A model generated the notes under the pieces. The model was not told where the DNA came from. It saw nothing but the letters and a program-made list of their open reading frames with translations, and searched no databases. The translations under genes were made by a program, and so were the position numbers. A stretch of 64,000 bases of DNA from Lingula anatina (taxonomy: Eukaryota > Animalia > Brachiopoda): NCBI GenBank assembly GCA_051362555.1, contig CM120648.1:1589721-1653720 (forward strand), given 5' to 3'. Shown here one piece after another: positions 37,826-51,700 of this stretch. Each line of letters begins with the position of its first letter. The first letter of the stretch is position 1.

Positions 37826-40648
37826 CGCGCGCGTTTGTGTACCCTAGCTGGTACGTGTACCTTCAATGATTATTTATGTAATCGTTCCATCTCTTCTAAA
37901 TTCCAATAGCCTGGTTCTGCTTTGTTAGTCAGCAAAATTACATAACCTTCCTTAAATCCTAGGATATTTTTTCATAAGATGTCACACTCTAAAATTTACT
38001 TTATCTGACTGGCTATCGCCTCCATTTTGGGCCTTAGATGGGTCAGGTAGGAAGAATTCTTTGGTACCACATACATTTCTGCACCACAGAGTCTACTCAG
38101 CAGCAAGTTACCATCAAAACCGATTTCCCCCTCATTCTGTAGAAATATATACCTTCATTTCGTTCACAAGTATCAAGTAAATTTATTTTCAGTAAAGTCG
38201 GATAACAAAATTATTTGGTACTGCCATAATCTTTATGTATTAATTATTTACAGAATGTTATGCTGAGTAAAATGTTATGATATTTTTTATCGAGTCAGTT
38301 GCAACTAGCCGATATTTTAATCAAAGAGTTGATTTTTATTTACACTAGAATATATTACAAATTCACCTTAATGCACGTGTCTCCACTGAGCACTAGATGG
38401 CTCTGCAACCCAAGCTGAGCCGCAGCCACCGCAGTTGCTCTGGCGTGATTGGACTGAAATTCTCCACACGTGATCAAATGTTTGCAGTCTTTGGCCAGGG
38501 CATCTGCCAGGAGAAATTCTAACTTGCGCACCTGTAAAGAATACTTGTAGACCAACAACGTCACGAGACGCAAGTGAAGATATGGTGCTTAATTGTCACC
38601 AACTGTTTATACATGTTCATGCTACCTAGAGTTTGCAGATGGACGACCCACTTAGAAGCAATGCCGACTTATCATCTGGTGGTCTCCCCGCCCCTACACG
38701 CGCCGTCCCTGCAGGAGCCTAGCCGAAATTTAATGGCGTGTCGGGACACCATCAGGGGATTAGGCGGCTTGATTATAAGTGGGGTCGGTCATATTTAATC
38801 CGCGGATCAGTTAGTCCGAGGGTATTCTGTTCTGAATGTGCTCTAAGAGACGATACACGCATACTTTTGATTTCAACTTGATTCAAACAAAGAATCAGTA
38901 CATCAGTGATCGTGTTATTTGCAATTTGCCCGTAGTAAAAGAATATTTCCATGCTAAATGAGGCAATGTGTTGTACGAATCTTCTTCACAGTTGTCAGAG
39001 GGAAGCCTCCCATCACCAGGAAGAAGGAGGTACCGACTGAGAGGGGTCGCAAAGACTACAAGAACATTAAAAATACATGAGTCATTTGATTAAAAAGGAA
39101 ATATTTACCATTACAAAAAGAAAAAAACAGATAACTGAGATATGCATCCAAAGAACAGTTATAATTGCCTGGTGGAAAACACAATAAAGTTTTAATCAGT
39201 GAGAAAGTTTTAGTTACAGTGTTTTACTTTCAATCAATAAAGTTTAATAGGTAAATTAATTTCGACAGAGGCTTGTCGCCAAATAGTGTTCTCTGATGCG
39301 CCAGCCATCCGCTCTTTCAACGTCAAGGAAAAAAAAAACAAGTTAAGAGAGTCTCGAGAATTCTGGACTAGGCTATCTGTTTTGCAAATGATTTGTGTTC
39401 TATCTGATGTTTAAAGAACTGATGATTTTCTGCTGATGTGTGGAAACATAAGCCTTGGCCACGATGATAAATTGGACCAACATCTGTTTTCCTTTGAAGG
39501 AAACATATTTAGGGAAACAAACTACCAGTTTATCTCCCAATGTGATAACTTCAGATCACCCCAAACAGCTACGATGAGAGGTGGAGTTAGTGCACATTAT
39601 TGCGACCTATCTTCTTCTGAACGCCCCCTTTGCCAAGAAAGATGGTGGCAATATTAACATCATGGGTTTTCCTACAAAATACTATTCTGAGAGGAGAGTG
39701 CTTTCTGTGTAAGGAGTTGAAACAATTTCCAATGTTATAAAATTCCTTTTGCAGCAATAAATCTTTACTGTGAAAGAAGAATATTAAGAAAAAACAAATA
39801 ATAATAATAATAATAAATTGAACCGTTTACATTTTGCATATATTACAAGTTTCAGTATTTATGACACACCCCTGTCCAGTGTATAATATCCCTGGATTTT
39901 AATATCTTTATTCACTTTAATATCTTGTTCCCGAACACGTGATAACAATCTTGATTTAAGATAAAGTTCGTTACTGACCTTGTTTCCGGACAGAGCACAT
40001 CCGGTCAGGTCATCTCTCTTAATGTGAACGGAGAACGTGGATGGCACACCCGGTATACTCCACTGGTGAATGGGGGTGGGCAATTGTGCCAGCTATGGAA
40101 GACAAATAATAATAATAATAATAATAATAATTATAATAATAATAATAATAATTATTATTATTATTATTATTATTATAAACGACATAGTGATAAAAAAGTA
40201 TGTTGTAAAATTCGAAATTGACAAAATTATCCAATGAACGTGAACTTGGCCTATCCAGTTTGCGTTTATTTCAGTTTCAAGCAAATGTTCTTAGTTGAAT
40301 GCAATTTCATATACCGTATTTACCTGTAGACTTAGAAAAACGCCTTTGGATATGCACATCCACATGTTCATGTTCAGCTGTTCAAGAAGGTCTTATTTCT
40401 TATTTCATCTATGTTATTACTTTTCTTATTTTGTCAATTTTAACTATATTTAAAAATATATCGATCAGTGGGGTTCTCAGAAGTTTTATTATTGTGGACA
40501 CTCTATTTACCAGATCCCTTGCAGTCATTATTCAGGACTTAAGTATATATAGCTATAAATTATTCGTTACCTGTACTTTTTGCTTCGGGATGTCCGTCAA
40601 TTTTTCCGTCCATTCTGGTGGGTTATATTGCACAAGTGGATAAGCCAT
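34585..40648 (-). CDS. dcyD: D-cysteine desulfhydrase / ACC-deaminase family PLP enzyme (fold type II), about 364 aa, 9 exons
   Basis: Exons on the minus strand: 40648-40571 ([13 protein letters not shown]), 40092-39979 ([22 protein letters not shown] lysine), 38531-38367 ([23 protein letters not shown]), 38136-38000 ([11 protein letters not shown]), 37568-37469 ([16 protein letters not shown]), 37153-37056 ([16 protein letters not shown]), 36388-36225 (YKGNGYG), 35592-35452 ([14 protein letters not shown]), 34682-34585 (GGIFSLF..TAG). Phases are consistent; total 1095 nt. The symbol denotes the homologous family, not a proven orthologue. Confidence 0.93.
35842..36052 (-). mobile_element. Harbinger-like MITE family A, inverted copy (intron of the D-cysteine desulfhydrase gene)
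   Basis: Its reverse complement aligns along 27442-27656 (tcgacctaactccctggg, aattacccccttacagcttt, tctagtgagact, gatagatcgatc). Confidence 0.8.
36410..36747. mobile_element. Kolobok-like non-autonomous DNA transposon, copy 2 (intron of the D-cysteine desulfhydrase gene)
   Basis: ttta|agggatcataactcttcgt ... acgaagggttattatccct|ttaa; internal sequence is shared with 19738-20074. Confidence 0.8.
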
Positions 40649-42972
40649 AGGCCTACTGCAACGTGAAACTTCCCGACTCCAGATAAATGCTCAGAGGTAG
40701 GTTATATTACTCAGTCTGACTCGTTATCCTCCTTCCCATTTTTCACTGAAAAGTGCGTGCGGTCAGATGCTTCCCAAGAAAATGACCTCAGTAACATTGC
40801 AGTCCGTAACAGGTTACGAGGCAACTAATATTAACCATATCGACGACTTTATCTGCATCTAGCAGCTCTGGTATATTTATTTATTTGAAATTATACAGAA
40901 TACTTACATTATCGATGGTTTCGTCTGTATAGCTGTGCGGCTGTATAGCTATATTGCAGCTCATATATGGTAATTTCATTTTATTTTATAATTTTCTGAA
41001 ACTGACTTATTAAAAAAGTTCGCAACTTGGATATCGTTAATTTAGGCCTACCCGTATGCATGATGAAGAAGCAGATGAAGTTTTTTTTATATATAAGTGG
41101 GCCTACATGTAGGACTACGCATTTCCATTACCATGGTCCATGACACAATCGCCTGTCGCTATTTAACTGTACTTTTAGTTTCACATAAGGTCCACGAATG
41201 CCCCCCTCCCCCCCCCCCCCCCCCCCTTTAAAGGGACAGGTCCAAAAATGCTGCGAGTCACCTTTTTAATTTATTACATTAAATAATAAATATTTAGGGT
41301 ACAGCAGGGTGCTTTTACTGAAAAATCAGTAGTTGCTGAGCTGTAGTATTGAGTTCTTAAGACAACATTGTCCATTTATAGTGAGGTAGCCTACTACCGG
41401 TAACTTTTTGCATTGCTCTATAGGAATGCACTGGTATATATCCCAAAACGAGACCACCTTGCGGAGATCACAATCGGAAGTAACCTTTGTCACAACTACC
41501 ACACTGGAAACAGTGGCACATGTCGTTCCACATGTAAACTAGCTGTTTAGATTGGAAACAATAGACTGAAAAGACTCGTTTTTGACGGCATATTGCTGTA
41601 CTTTTAACGTGTATATATATTGCTGCCCGGAACTCTTTTCTTCAGAGGAGAGAAAGAAATAATCTGAGATAGCATTAGAGGTTAGGAAGAAGAGAGAATG
41701 AATGGAAATATATAAGGGGAGTCGTATGATGTGGTGGTGATTCTCTGATATACGTTTCCACCTGCTGAGAAGAAAATGTGTGTGGTAAGTTGCTCTCCAT
41801 CGCCATGGGCGGATCTGAAGGGGCACGCCTCGACCCCCTCCCCCCCCTCCCCCCACATACACATACGTACACACACACACGTTTAGATTCCAAGTGTTTT
41901 AATGCAAATATCCCATTCAAAGTTAGAGATAGGCCTATGATGTGTACTAGTTAAGTTTATACATTAAATTTGAAGTTTTCCCAGCTTTTTTTTTTTTTTG
42001 AAAGGCACGATAGCGTTTTTTAAGAATTTGTTAATTATACTTTTTGATTTATTTATATAATTTTAATTTTTAAATAAAATTTCATTTATTTATTTTTATT
42101 ATTATTTATTTATTTTTGCATTTTCCTTTATGTATATGTGCAGGTACTTACTTCTAATTTGCATGGTTATTAGTTTTAGTCCGGTTGATTGAGATCAATT
42201 AATTTTGAAAGTGATATCCAAAATGAGGTATAGTACGTTCATTTTGATATACCCTTAAGTAGGTCTTTTGAAAAAAAAAAAAAAAATCAGGGAGAATTTA
42301 ATTGTGCCACTTGCCCTTTAAAGAATTAGTCATAATTGTAAAGAATATGCATGTCCATCTGGTTTTTATAAATATATATTTCTCATTTGTAGTTAAAAAA
42401 GCTGTCTTTTTTCTTTTACCCGGGTACTCTTCCTCCCCAATATACACACGTTCATCACACGGACACAGACAGACACGCACAAACGGTTGCCTCTAGTCTC
42501 TCTCAGTATGTTCGAACTGGTAATCAGCAATTTCAAAGAATGATGAATTTTTTTCTGAAAATGCATACATTTTTCCCTCCTTTGATTAGTTGGTCCTAGT
42601 TGAGGAATGGCAAAGAATGATCAAGGGTTCCATTGGGTATTTTTGTGAAAGTCACTTTTAATTACCCAAGATGGATGAAACGTTCATATACTTCAGCATG
42701 ATCTGTGAGGCATACCATACTCTTGACATGATTAAAGCCTCATTCAGGACTTCAGAATGAACTTTTTATTCTTCCTAATCGGTTCATTAAACTTGGTGAT
42801 TGGTTATTTTTAACTGAGCATCAATCGATGTGATTGGTGATTTTTCCCATGAACTTTATCCATATATATGGTATAAATAATGTAGTCTAGAGAGCCTGCA
42901 AATGTATTCATATTATTTAGTGCTAAATAAACTTACTATTATAACCTTGCCCTCCCAATGGGATCTATCTAT

Positions 42973-43051
<79 letters not shown>

Positions 43052-43509
43052 CACACACAGCCTTACTGATACACCCTCCCACTTTTCATAGATCCATGTC
43101 CTACCAGTGTACAGAGGAATTTTTTAACTTCCAAAGACTATTTTTTAAATATACGCAATTTTTATTTTTATTATTATTACTTGATAAAAAAAATTGCAAG
43201 TCAGTACGTTGCTCTGCTCCTTTGTGCTTGAGTTTGTGAGTGAGTTATTTGTGACATATTTGTTTTTGGTAAATTTTGCCTGGCCATAGCAGCTGTAATT
43301 TTTTGAAGATTTCTGTATCGAAATTTTTTGGTGGATAGATGATAGGCCAAGAATGAAAAAAATTGATTTTCATAAATATCGTGCTCCCTGTTTGTTTGTA
43401 AAAAAAATGCTGAAGTTGTGAAATATTTATCTCTGCATGCCAGTAGGGGCCTCAGAAACAGGTGAAGCATATCAACAAATTAACGAGCTGCCACATTTGT
43501 CATTATTCA

Positions 43510-43689
43510 CAGGCCTGTAGCCAGAGGGGTTCAGGAAGGGGGGGTGGGGCAAAAGAATCACCCTTTTTATCAGGAAAAGGTCCATTCTGGGTAAAAATTG
43601 ATCTAGGTGCACAAAAGTTTCATTGTAAAAAGTCCACTTTTTTTGAAAAAAAAAGAAACTCCTTTTTTAAATAGTCGGCCACAGGCCTG
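43510..43689. mobile_element. Short TIR element (hAT-like MITE)
   Basis: caggcctgtagcc ... ggccacaggcctg inverted ends with an internal G-run; no TSD recognisable. Confidence 0.55.
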
Positions 43690-46043
43690 AATCAAGACCA
43701 TGTTTGACCAGCTCAAATTTCCTGTGAACTGTTGGTGTGATACATGTATATGTGTGTTGTTAAATAGCCTGTCCTGTTTGGCCTCTGGTTATCTAATGTG
43801 CTGTGTAATGTTATGAATCTATCCAGTCAAGGCCACTCAATTATATTTCCTGGTTTATAGATCTTGATATCTATACCTGGTATAGGCATACCTTGTCACT
43901 TAAAAAAGCAGTGCTTAGAAGTATCGAATTCCTTCTTTCAGGAAATTGGGTTTGTCAAGGATAAATTGAATAGTCTCTAAACCACTAGATTTTTATTAAT
44001 TTGTGTTTTAAACACTAATTTTGCAAGCTGCTTTGCTCTCAGAGCAATTTTATTATTATTATTATCATCATATATTTATTATTAATAATATTATTATAAA
44101 CAATTTTTATGTTCAATGTACATCATATATATTGTAACTGGTGTGTCAAACAAAATCCTCACAAAAACTGATGGCCTGCATGCATGGTGCATTAATTTAC
44201 TCATTCGTCTCATTAATAAAAATCAGTAACAATTTACAACAAAATTTTCCCCAGAATCATGCAACAAAAGACGGCTAAGGGCATCAGACTTGCTGCTCTT
44301 AAAACCCTGTGACACTTGGCTACAAATAAAGGGGTGCCCCTGATCCCATTGATAGCCCAAACTAAAATGCCCATTGGTAACCTGTAGACAAAGGACCTTC
44401 CACCCCTCAGAATGGGAGAGTCCATTTTTCCAGTCAACATGATCAATGCAGCTTGCTGAGAAAAAAACAACGTCAATGACCTTAAAGATTTTCTGGTTTC
44501 ACTTATTTAGGTAAAATTCAAATATCCATGTTCAATATGAGAATTTTATGATATCCCCCCTCTGGACAAATGTGTAGTTTTATTTGAGCAAAGTGTTGTG
44601 AGAGATCTGCATGAAAGAGCTCACTAATGTATACAGCCAGGGCATTGAGCTATAAATAGCACCTGTGATGCAGACTGAAGAAAATCATGGTGGAAAAAAT
44701 TTCTGAAGGATTCCAGAGTCATTTGAAAGAAAACAGTCAAAGGAACAGAAAAAGTGATTTTTGAATCAGGTAGAGTGTTACCTTAGGAAGATAAAGAGGT
44801 TCAATATGTTGTATTTCATTTGAGAAATTTCTAGAAATTCAATAAGGAAGTCGGCTGAAGGACACAAAGGAAAATTTGCACAAGTGTGTGGGAAGGATAA
44901 TAATTTTCTACATTTAAACCCTCTGCTAAGGTAGACACTGGCTAATTATGTTGATAACATCTTACTTAAGCCATTGTAACAACCTGTATTGAAGTGAGGT
45001 TGACTTAGAGGAGGCTAGTTTACAAACAGGATTGAATACAAGGATGTCTAATATTATTTTCAATATGGCCTCCGTATAGCCATCTTGTGGTAAATCTGCT
45101 AGGTGCATATGCATGGTGACATGTACAATGCTGATAATGTATGTATTCAATTGCTCTGTAGGTATAACCTTTTAAAGATGACCTTTTAATCTGGAAAGAC
45201 ATATCAAGCCACTTGTGCCATTTTGTTTATCACTGGAAGTGATTTTAGTATGTTTGATTATTAGACTTAGTCTAACTCTGCATGTTTCTGTGTGATATAT
45301 TAATGTTGGTATATATACGGTATGCTGCTGGATTAAATAAGACCTTTGAAATTTTAATTTAAAAATAGCACTAGGAGAGGACCTCTGACTGTGGCTTTGA
45401 TGCTAAATTAATCACAATTTATTTTGAGCTTTAATTATGTTGTCACAGTTTATCTGAAATATTAGTTATACAACATATGGGCATATATTACATATATAGA
45501 ACTGTTTTACACTTACTGTCTTATGTAATACTGTAGTCAAAGTATTTACCTGAATCAAATAGAATCAGTTTTTGAATTACCGAAATCAACAATTTATTTT
45601 AATATTATTATAATTATAATAATAATTATTATTATTATTTAAAGCTCAGTATCAAGAAATGAAGATTTTACAAAGAACCCATGTCAATTTTCTGAATAAA
45701 TACAATGTATACTATGCATAATGAGGTTGTTTCAGTAATTCAGAATTTGATCCCAGTTAATTCCTATAAATACTTTGATTTAGGTAATTATGGAAGTACC
45801 CTTAGAATTGGTTATTATTTGCCAAAAATGCCAAAAATTTAAATAAATAATTGGAAGTTATAACTAGAAGACTCTTGGGTGTATATTCCAAAGCCACAGT
45901 CTTGTTACAAAAGGACAATGTTGAAGTTCAGTATAGAGGCCAGCCTGATACTAGTACACTTCTTGAGATTTATAATAACAAAGTTTTAAAGTGTAAGCTA
46001 AGGTGATGACCTCACATATGTGTTCTTGTGTATATTGGTCCTT

Positions 46044-46081
<38 letters not shown>

Positions 46082-46154
46082 ACACAATAATAATGTGTTC
46101 TGCATGTGTATAGTGATATTTCAGGGTTAGGCTTGTTTGAGTGTGTTAGTGTAT

Positions 46155-46212
<58 letters not shown>

Positions 46213-46297
46213 TGTATGGCAACTATTATAAACTTGTTTACAGTATGTGGGGCATTGCTTTCTTCGTGTGTTGTAATGCTAATGTGTATATGTGCGG

Positions 46298-46364
<67 letters not shown>

Positions 46365-47469
46365 TTTGCAGTATATGAAAATTGAGCGAACCAGCCACAG
46401 TGAAATAGTCACAGGGCCATTTTTTATTGATCCTCATGATTTTATCCATGACATTTGGTTTTTGAGCTGTTAAAATATTGAAATAGAATACTGGTAAGGT
46501 CTTAGTCCTCTACTTGAGTGCGCTGAGCCGAACATAGTAAATACCCAACTTTGCAGAAATGTCTCCAGGGCCTCTCTAAACACATATATACATTCTGAAA
46601 CAAATAAATGTATTTTGGGTTGAATATGGTGAAATATTGATCAGATATTACCAGTATAATAAAATGGACTTACACTTTTGAGTGTTTTTGACCCTTCCTT
46701 TACTCCTAAGACTTCTAAATTATTGCTATGTATTTAATTTTGTGATATCTTGAATTTGTAATTAATTCTTTTCACTAATACTATAGTATATGTGCTTGAC
46801 TATTTATAACTAACCATGTTCATAAAGTCTCTGTGGTTTGTTAAGATGCTAATAAGGTGTTGTGCACTGTAATGTTTAATGTAAAATTTGTAGTTAGTAC
46901 GCTGAGGATATGAGTGTGGTATTGCATGCTATTTTTTGGGTCTGTCTGTGGAAGGTGAACAGTGATTTAGGGCAGTGTAGCTTTCATGTATGTTATATAA
47001 TCATGGTGTTTTAGTAACTGTGTAACATGTAGTGCAGTGTTACCATATCACAGTGGACTAGTTACCATATTTCCCACTGGATCACTACAAACCAACATGA
47101 TGTCATAATATGTTTTTATGCTAGGTGGAAAGATGTTGGACTTTGAACTTGGATGACCTCAATTTCTCAGTGAATACAAACAATATAATACACTTATTTT
47201 CCAGGGCTGTATTAGTAGCTAGGCTGAAGCAGGGGAGGGGGGTGCATTTTATTAATTAATTAATTAAATGATTAATTAATTAATTAATTAATTAATTAAT
47301 CTATTTATATATTTATTTTGCTAAGCCACAATTTGTTTACTAGTACTTAGTCCTGTGTGTTTGATCCTCAACACAGCAGTTTTAACACTTACATTACTGT
47401 TCTTGTTTGTTTTCAGATGTGCTAACAGCCTGATATCAAAACAGTTGAAGAATTTGGCTGTGTCCCATC

Positions 47470-48660
47470 ATGGGAGACCTTCCATTTTCCTTGCCACTGC
47501 TGCCCCCTAGTCCCGCTTCTGATTGGTCCGTTCCTCTGCTGTTGGAACCAGGAGAAAATGATGGTAAGGATTTTGTACTGTCGCTGGTTAAAGATGTTTA
47601 ATCAAGTGGTGGCAAACTTGTCATATTTGCTGAAGTAATTTTGACCATTATCCGAAGAAGTTGATAGAAAAGACGCTGGGTGACGCTGACACTTGTTGGT
47701 ACTAGCAGATTGACTTAATTGCAGAAAAACTGTTACAGTATTCTTTTGTTTTTATGCTGGTAGAGTTATGACAGACTGCAGAACATTTCATAAAAATGTA
47801 ATACTGTGTACCAGCATCATTTTAATAATTTAAGATATCTTTTCAGTTTTTTTTTTTTTTTTTCATGACGTTAGTTGTCTGATATTGCGTTATAAGGATT
47901 GTTTGCATGCAGTGGTCTTTTATTTATAGTCTGAAAATCATGCCATGTAATAACATATTGGATATGATTGTTAAGGAGCTAGATTCCCCAGTTGTGGGAT
48001 ATTTTATTCAGAGCCTGAAAAGAGGAGGATAAAACAGATTATATTGATTTATTCATAAGTTAAGGCAAACTTTATCCAACCCAACCAAATAGTAGCAAGA
48101 TAGAAGTCAACTGATTTTGAACAAAAACTGGGGTGAGGTATCACAGGGACATATGATTTACTGTGAAGAAAATTGAAAAATACCCAATATATTGCTGTAA
48201 AATGGGGTGTATAATATGTGCATCAGTTTTGCCCTGGCGTATCCTGATTCAATATTTGTAAATGTACTTGCATATGTGCATGCATACTTGTAACAAATTC
48301 CAAAATAAGGAGAAAGGGTTTGAATAAGGGAATATATATGCTTTAAATAAAGATTTAACATCATGAATTTTTACTCCCTGTACTGAGCCTGTTAACTGAC
48401 AACCAACCACCCCACTGTTGATTCTCACCCTCACAAAATATATGGTCTCCAACACTGCAGGTTATAGACTCATACAACTATGCAAGTATATCAGTAAATA
48501 AAATAATATCTATCAATAAAAACAGACAATTTTTCAAAACATTGGTGAGATAGGAATTACATTTCTTAGAGAAAAGAGAATCTGAGACAACTGTTTGTCA
48601 GAAAAGTGACTTCCTTGCTGATAGCTAGTGTGTACTTTTTTCAACTATCAGGGTCATACC

Positions 48661-48725
<65 letters not shown>

Positions 48726-51700
48726 GAATAAATAAATAAATCAGTGGTGTATAATATTTGTAATTATAACTGTTTAAAGCCATTCTTCAATTACTGTTAA
48801 TTTCTGTTCACAGTGGAGGGTAAAACCACTATAGTTTCATTATCAAAGCAACATGAGCAACTAAAATTTGCATATCATTTGAAAGGTTTTGACATGCATC
48901 TTAAAAGCAAAGAAAATATGAATGTAGAAAAGTAAAACATTGCAGATTGCATACTCCAAACTTTCACTTTTTTCATTCCCCTATGTTTCAAAGTGGGACA
49001 CACACATCCTCCCCCAAGTTTAAATGGCTGCAAGAATTATTTTTCAAGAATTTATTTTCTAAAAGAGCGCTTCCTGCTTAGTTGGTAACAGTTACCCAAA
49101 CACAGAGATGGGGAAAAAATCTGGCAAAACCCACACCTTACCACATTTTGGCTGATTTTCTTTATGGAATGACACAAAAGTATTTACATTTGTGTTAATT
49201 TCAGTTAAAACTACAGAAAATACAGAAAATGTACTAATGAGAGTGGCATTACCCCTTTGTGATATCAATATGGCCTCTTAAAACCCTCCTCTCCTTGTCC
49301 TTCTTAAGTGGCATGACCACTGAGTCTTCTGCCTAATACTGAGTTGATGCACAGCATGATTAAGCTTGTTGGTGACAATCACAAATAGATGGGTTATGTA
49401 AAACTTGGTTGAGAAATCAGTAGCATTCATACTGTATACGTTTAGCAATAACAAGTGAATGAGGTGACAGAGGGGGAAAATGTTTTGATTTTTTTAGAAT
49501 GATACGAAGAAAACTTGCGGTAACAGTTTGCAAGAAACCTAAAATTTTGCTAAAAGCAAATTGACCATTGCAAGGTGAAGACTTGATCTATGTGATTTTT
49601 CACCTTTGCCCATCAGGTTGCTGCCATAGAAACTTACAAATGTTTCATCTGTCTCTGCATTTTACCCTCAGACAGCAGTTTAAGGTATAAATTCTATTCA
49701 GTGATATATATTTTTCTCTGATTCACCAGACACCCGCATGTTTTCCATGGATGGTCTTGTCAACAGTGAAAGACAGCAAGAATACACAACTGTAGATGGC
49801 GCCAGTGTTAGGGATAATCCCAGTCAAGAGATGGCAGTGCAGGGTAGCTCACAAGTAAGCACAAACATTCTGGACAATATTTATTAACTCATCAGGCGAT
49901 AGCTCAACTCTTTAGTACCATTTTTAAGTACTCTCTGTGCGTGTGTGTTTACATACTGTAGATATTTTGGTAATGTTGATATATTTCTGTTTTCATTAAT
50001 ACCCACTGATGTTTTTCACAGGGACACTTCACCATAGGAAATGGTAGTGGACTGCTAGATGACAGCACCAAAGGCTGCAACAAACCAGTAGATGGCACTT
50101 CTTCTCAAGGAGGGCAACAGAACAGTGGTTACCCTTTTCCAAGTTCACAACAATGTGTCTCTAGTACTGCAATGACTGGAGGGGATAAAACTGAGCTTGA
50201 AGACCAGGAAAGCAATGTGTTTCATAAGATGGAAAGCATTCTCTCAGAACAGGACAGATATGAAGAATCCACTATGGCAGTACTGGCAGAGGTATGATCT
50301 CAAGATAGTTTTAAGTTTAAACAAGTTTAAGTGTATGATCAAAAATAAGTCCTCAGTTCTTGATATGATTGTCATTCTGTTGAAAATCATTGTATTCATT
50401 ACGTATATCAGTACATGTGATGTCATGCCGTGAATTTTAATTCTCCTTATATTTATTTTTAAGAACACCTTTGTTGTATTACTACAGTTTAAAAATCACA
50501 AAATAAGCCTGATTGATGCAGTATTCAGTGATTGACCCTATAACATTGAATAGTATTTAAAGGAGAATAGACTCATAAAAATCTATTTCTCGAATTCTGA
50601 AGATTCAGCACTCAATCTATACACTAGAGGTATGTTTTAATCGATCCCCGCCATTTAGAAATTATAAAAAACAATTAATTAGTAGAAAAAAGCGTTTTAG
50701 TAAACCTCACCTCAATATGCATAAATGAAGCAACAGATCTGGGTCACGTGGTACTGTGATGACAATCACGATAAAGGTCTATGAGACTCAACTGAGCTGT
50801 ATGGTGCATACAGACGGAGAAGTTAAGGAAAGTTGTGTTGAACGGAGTTGAGGAATTTTCGTTTTGCCTCAGTGTGTTGCCGTGGGATTCACCAAAATTG
50901 CAGCTCTCGTTGACCATCTTTCTTTGTCTGTGACGGTCTTCCGTGACTTACTTACTAACTTCGGTGACAATAGTTGCGATGCTCTAGATCATGGTCACCT
51001 CAGGTGGTTTAGATCATATCAAGAGCTGGTAGTCTTTCAGATTAACTGTCATCAGTTGGCAAACTTACTGATTGCTGATGCATTTTAAATGCATTGTAGT
51101 TGACCAAAAGCTCGTTTACAACAAACCTGTTAATTATGCACCGCTGCACTTCCCAACCCAGGTAATAACAGGTATCAAAATCGTCTTGGTGGGCTTTCAT
51201 ATTTTTTCAAAATATCTCATTTATTTCATGGGGTGATTTTATTGGTATTTGTAAATGACGTTTAATATCAATATGTAAACAATTGAGTTCAAACACCGTC
51301 GCGAACATGGTTTTACACAGCTTCATGAGGATTTAGATCCCTCGGGTAAGAGATTTGAATTATCAGAAGCCAGAGAAGTCATCTTACAGGTAGACAATGC
51401 AGCTCAGTTTGACAGCAAAGCACGCTCTGTTCTCCAGTGGCTCGATTGTCGTCATCGGACCACGTGACCACGTAGCTCATTAACTCCCAGGCCGAGCAAA
51501 TAGGACGTTTTTTAAAGCCAAAAATTTACAAAATGAGCTTTTAATTTGTGTATTTGGATAAAGATATCGTTTGTTGGGCATGTTTTCTGAAGAATATGTT
51601 CCGTTCAGGCCATTCTAACGGCAAGACGCAAATCCTTTAATGATGATTGGTCCCACATTTCAGCTCCAGGCATTGGCGGAGGACAGTGCAACATTTCAAC

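Noticed and set aside
34585-40648. ACC deaminase activity, or bacterial contamination
   Set aside because: The diagnostic Glu/Leu residues are Ser/Thr, and the gene has eight spliceosomal introns containing host repeats.
42958-46473. YIYIYI-type ORFs (also poly-I/Y/N/G and CVCV ORFs elsewhere)
   Set aside because: Translations of microsatellites and homopolymers.
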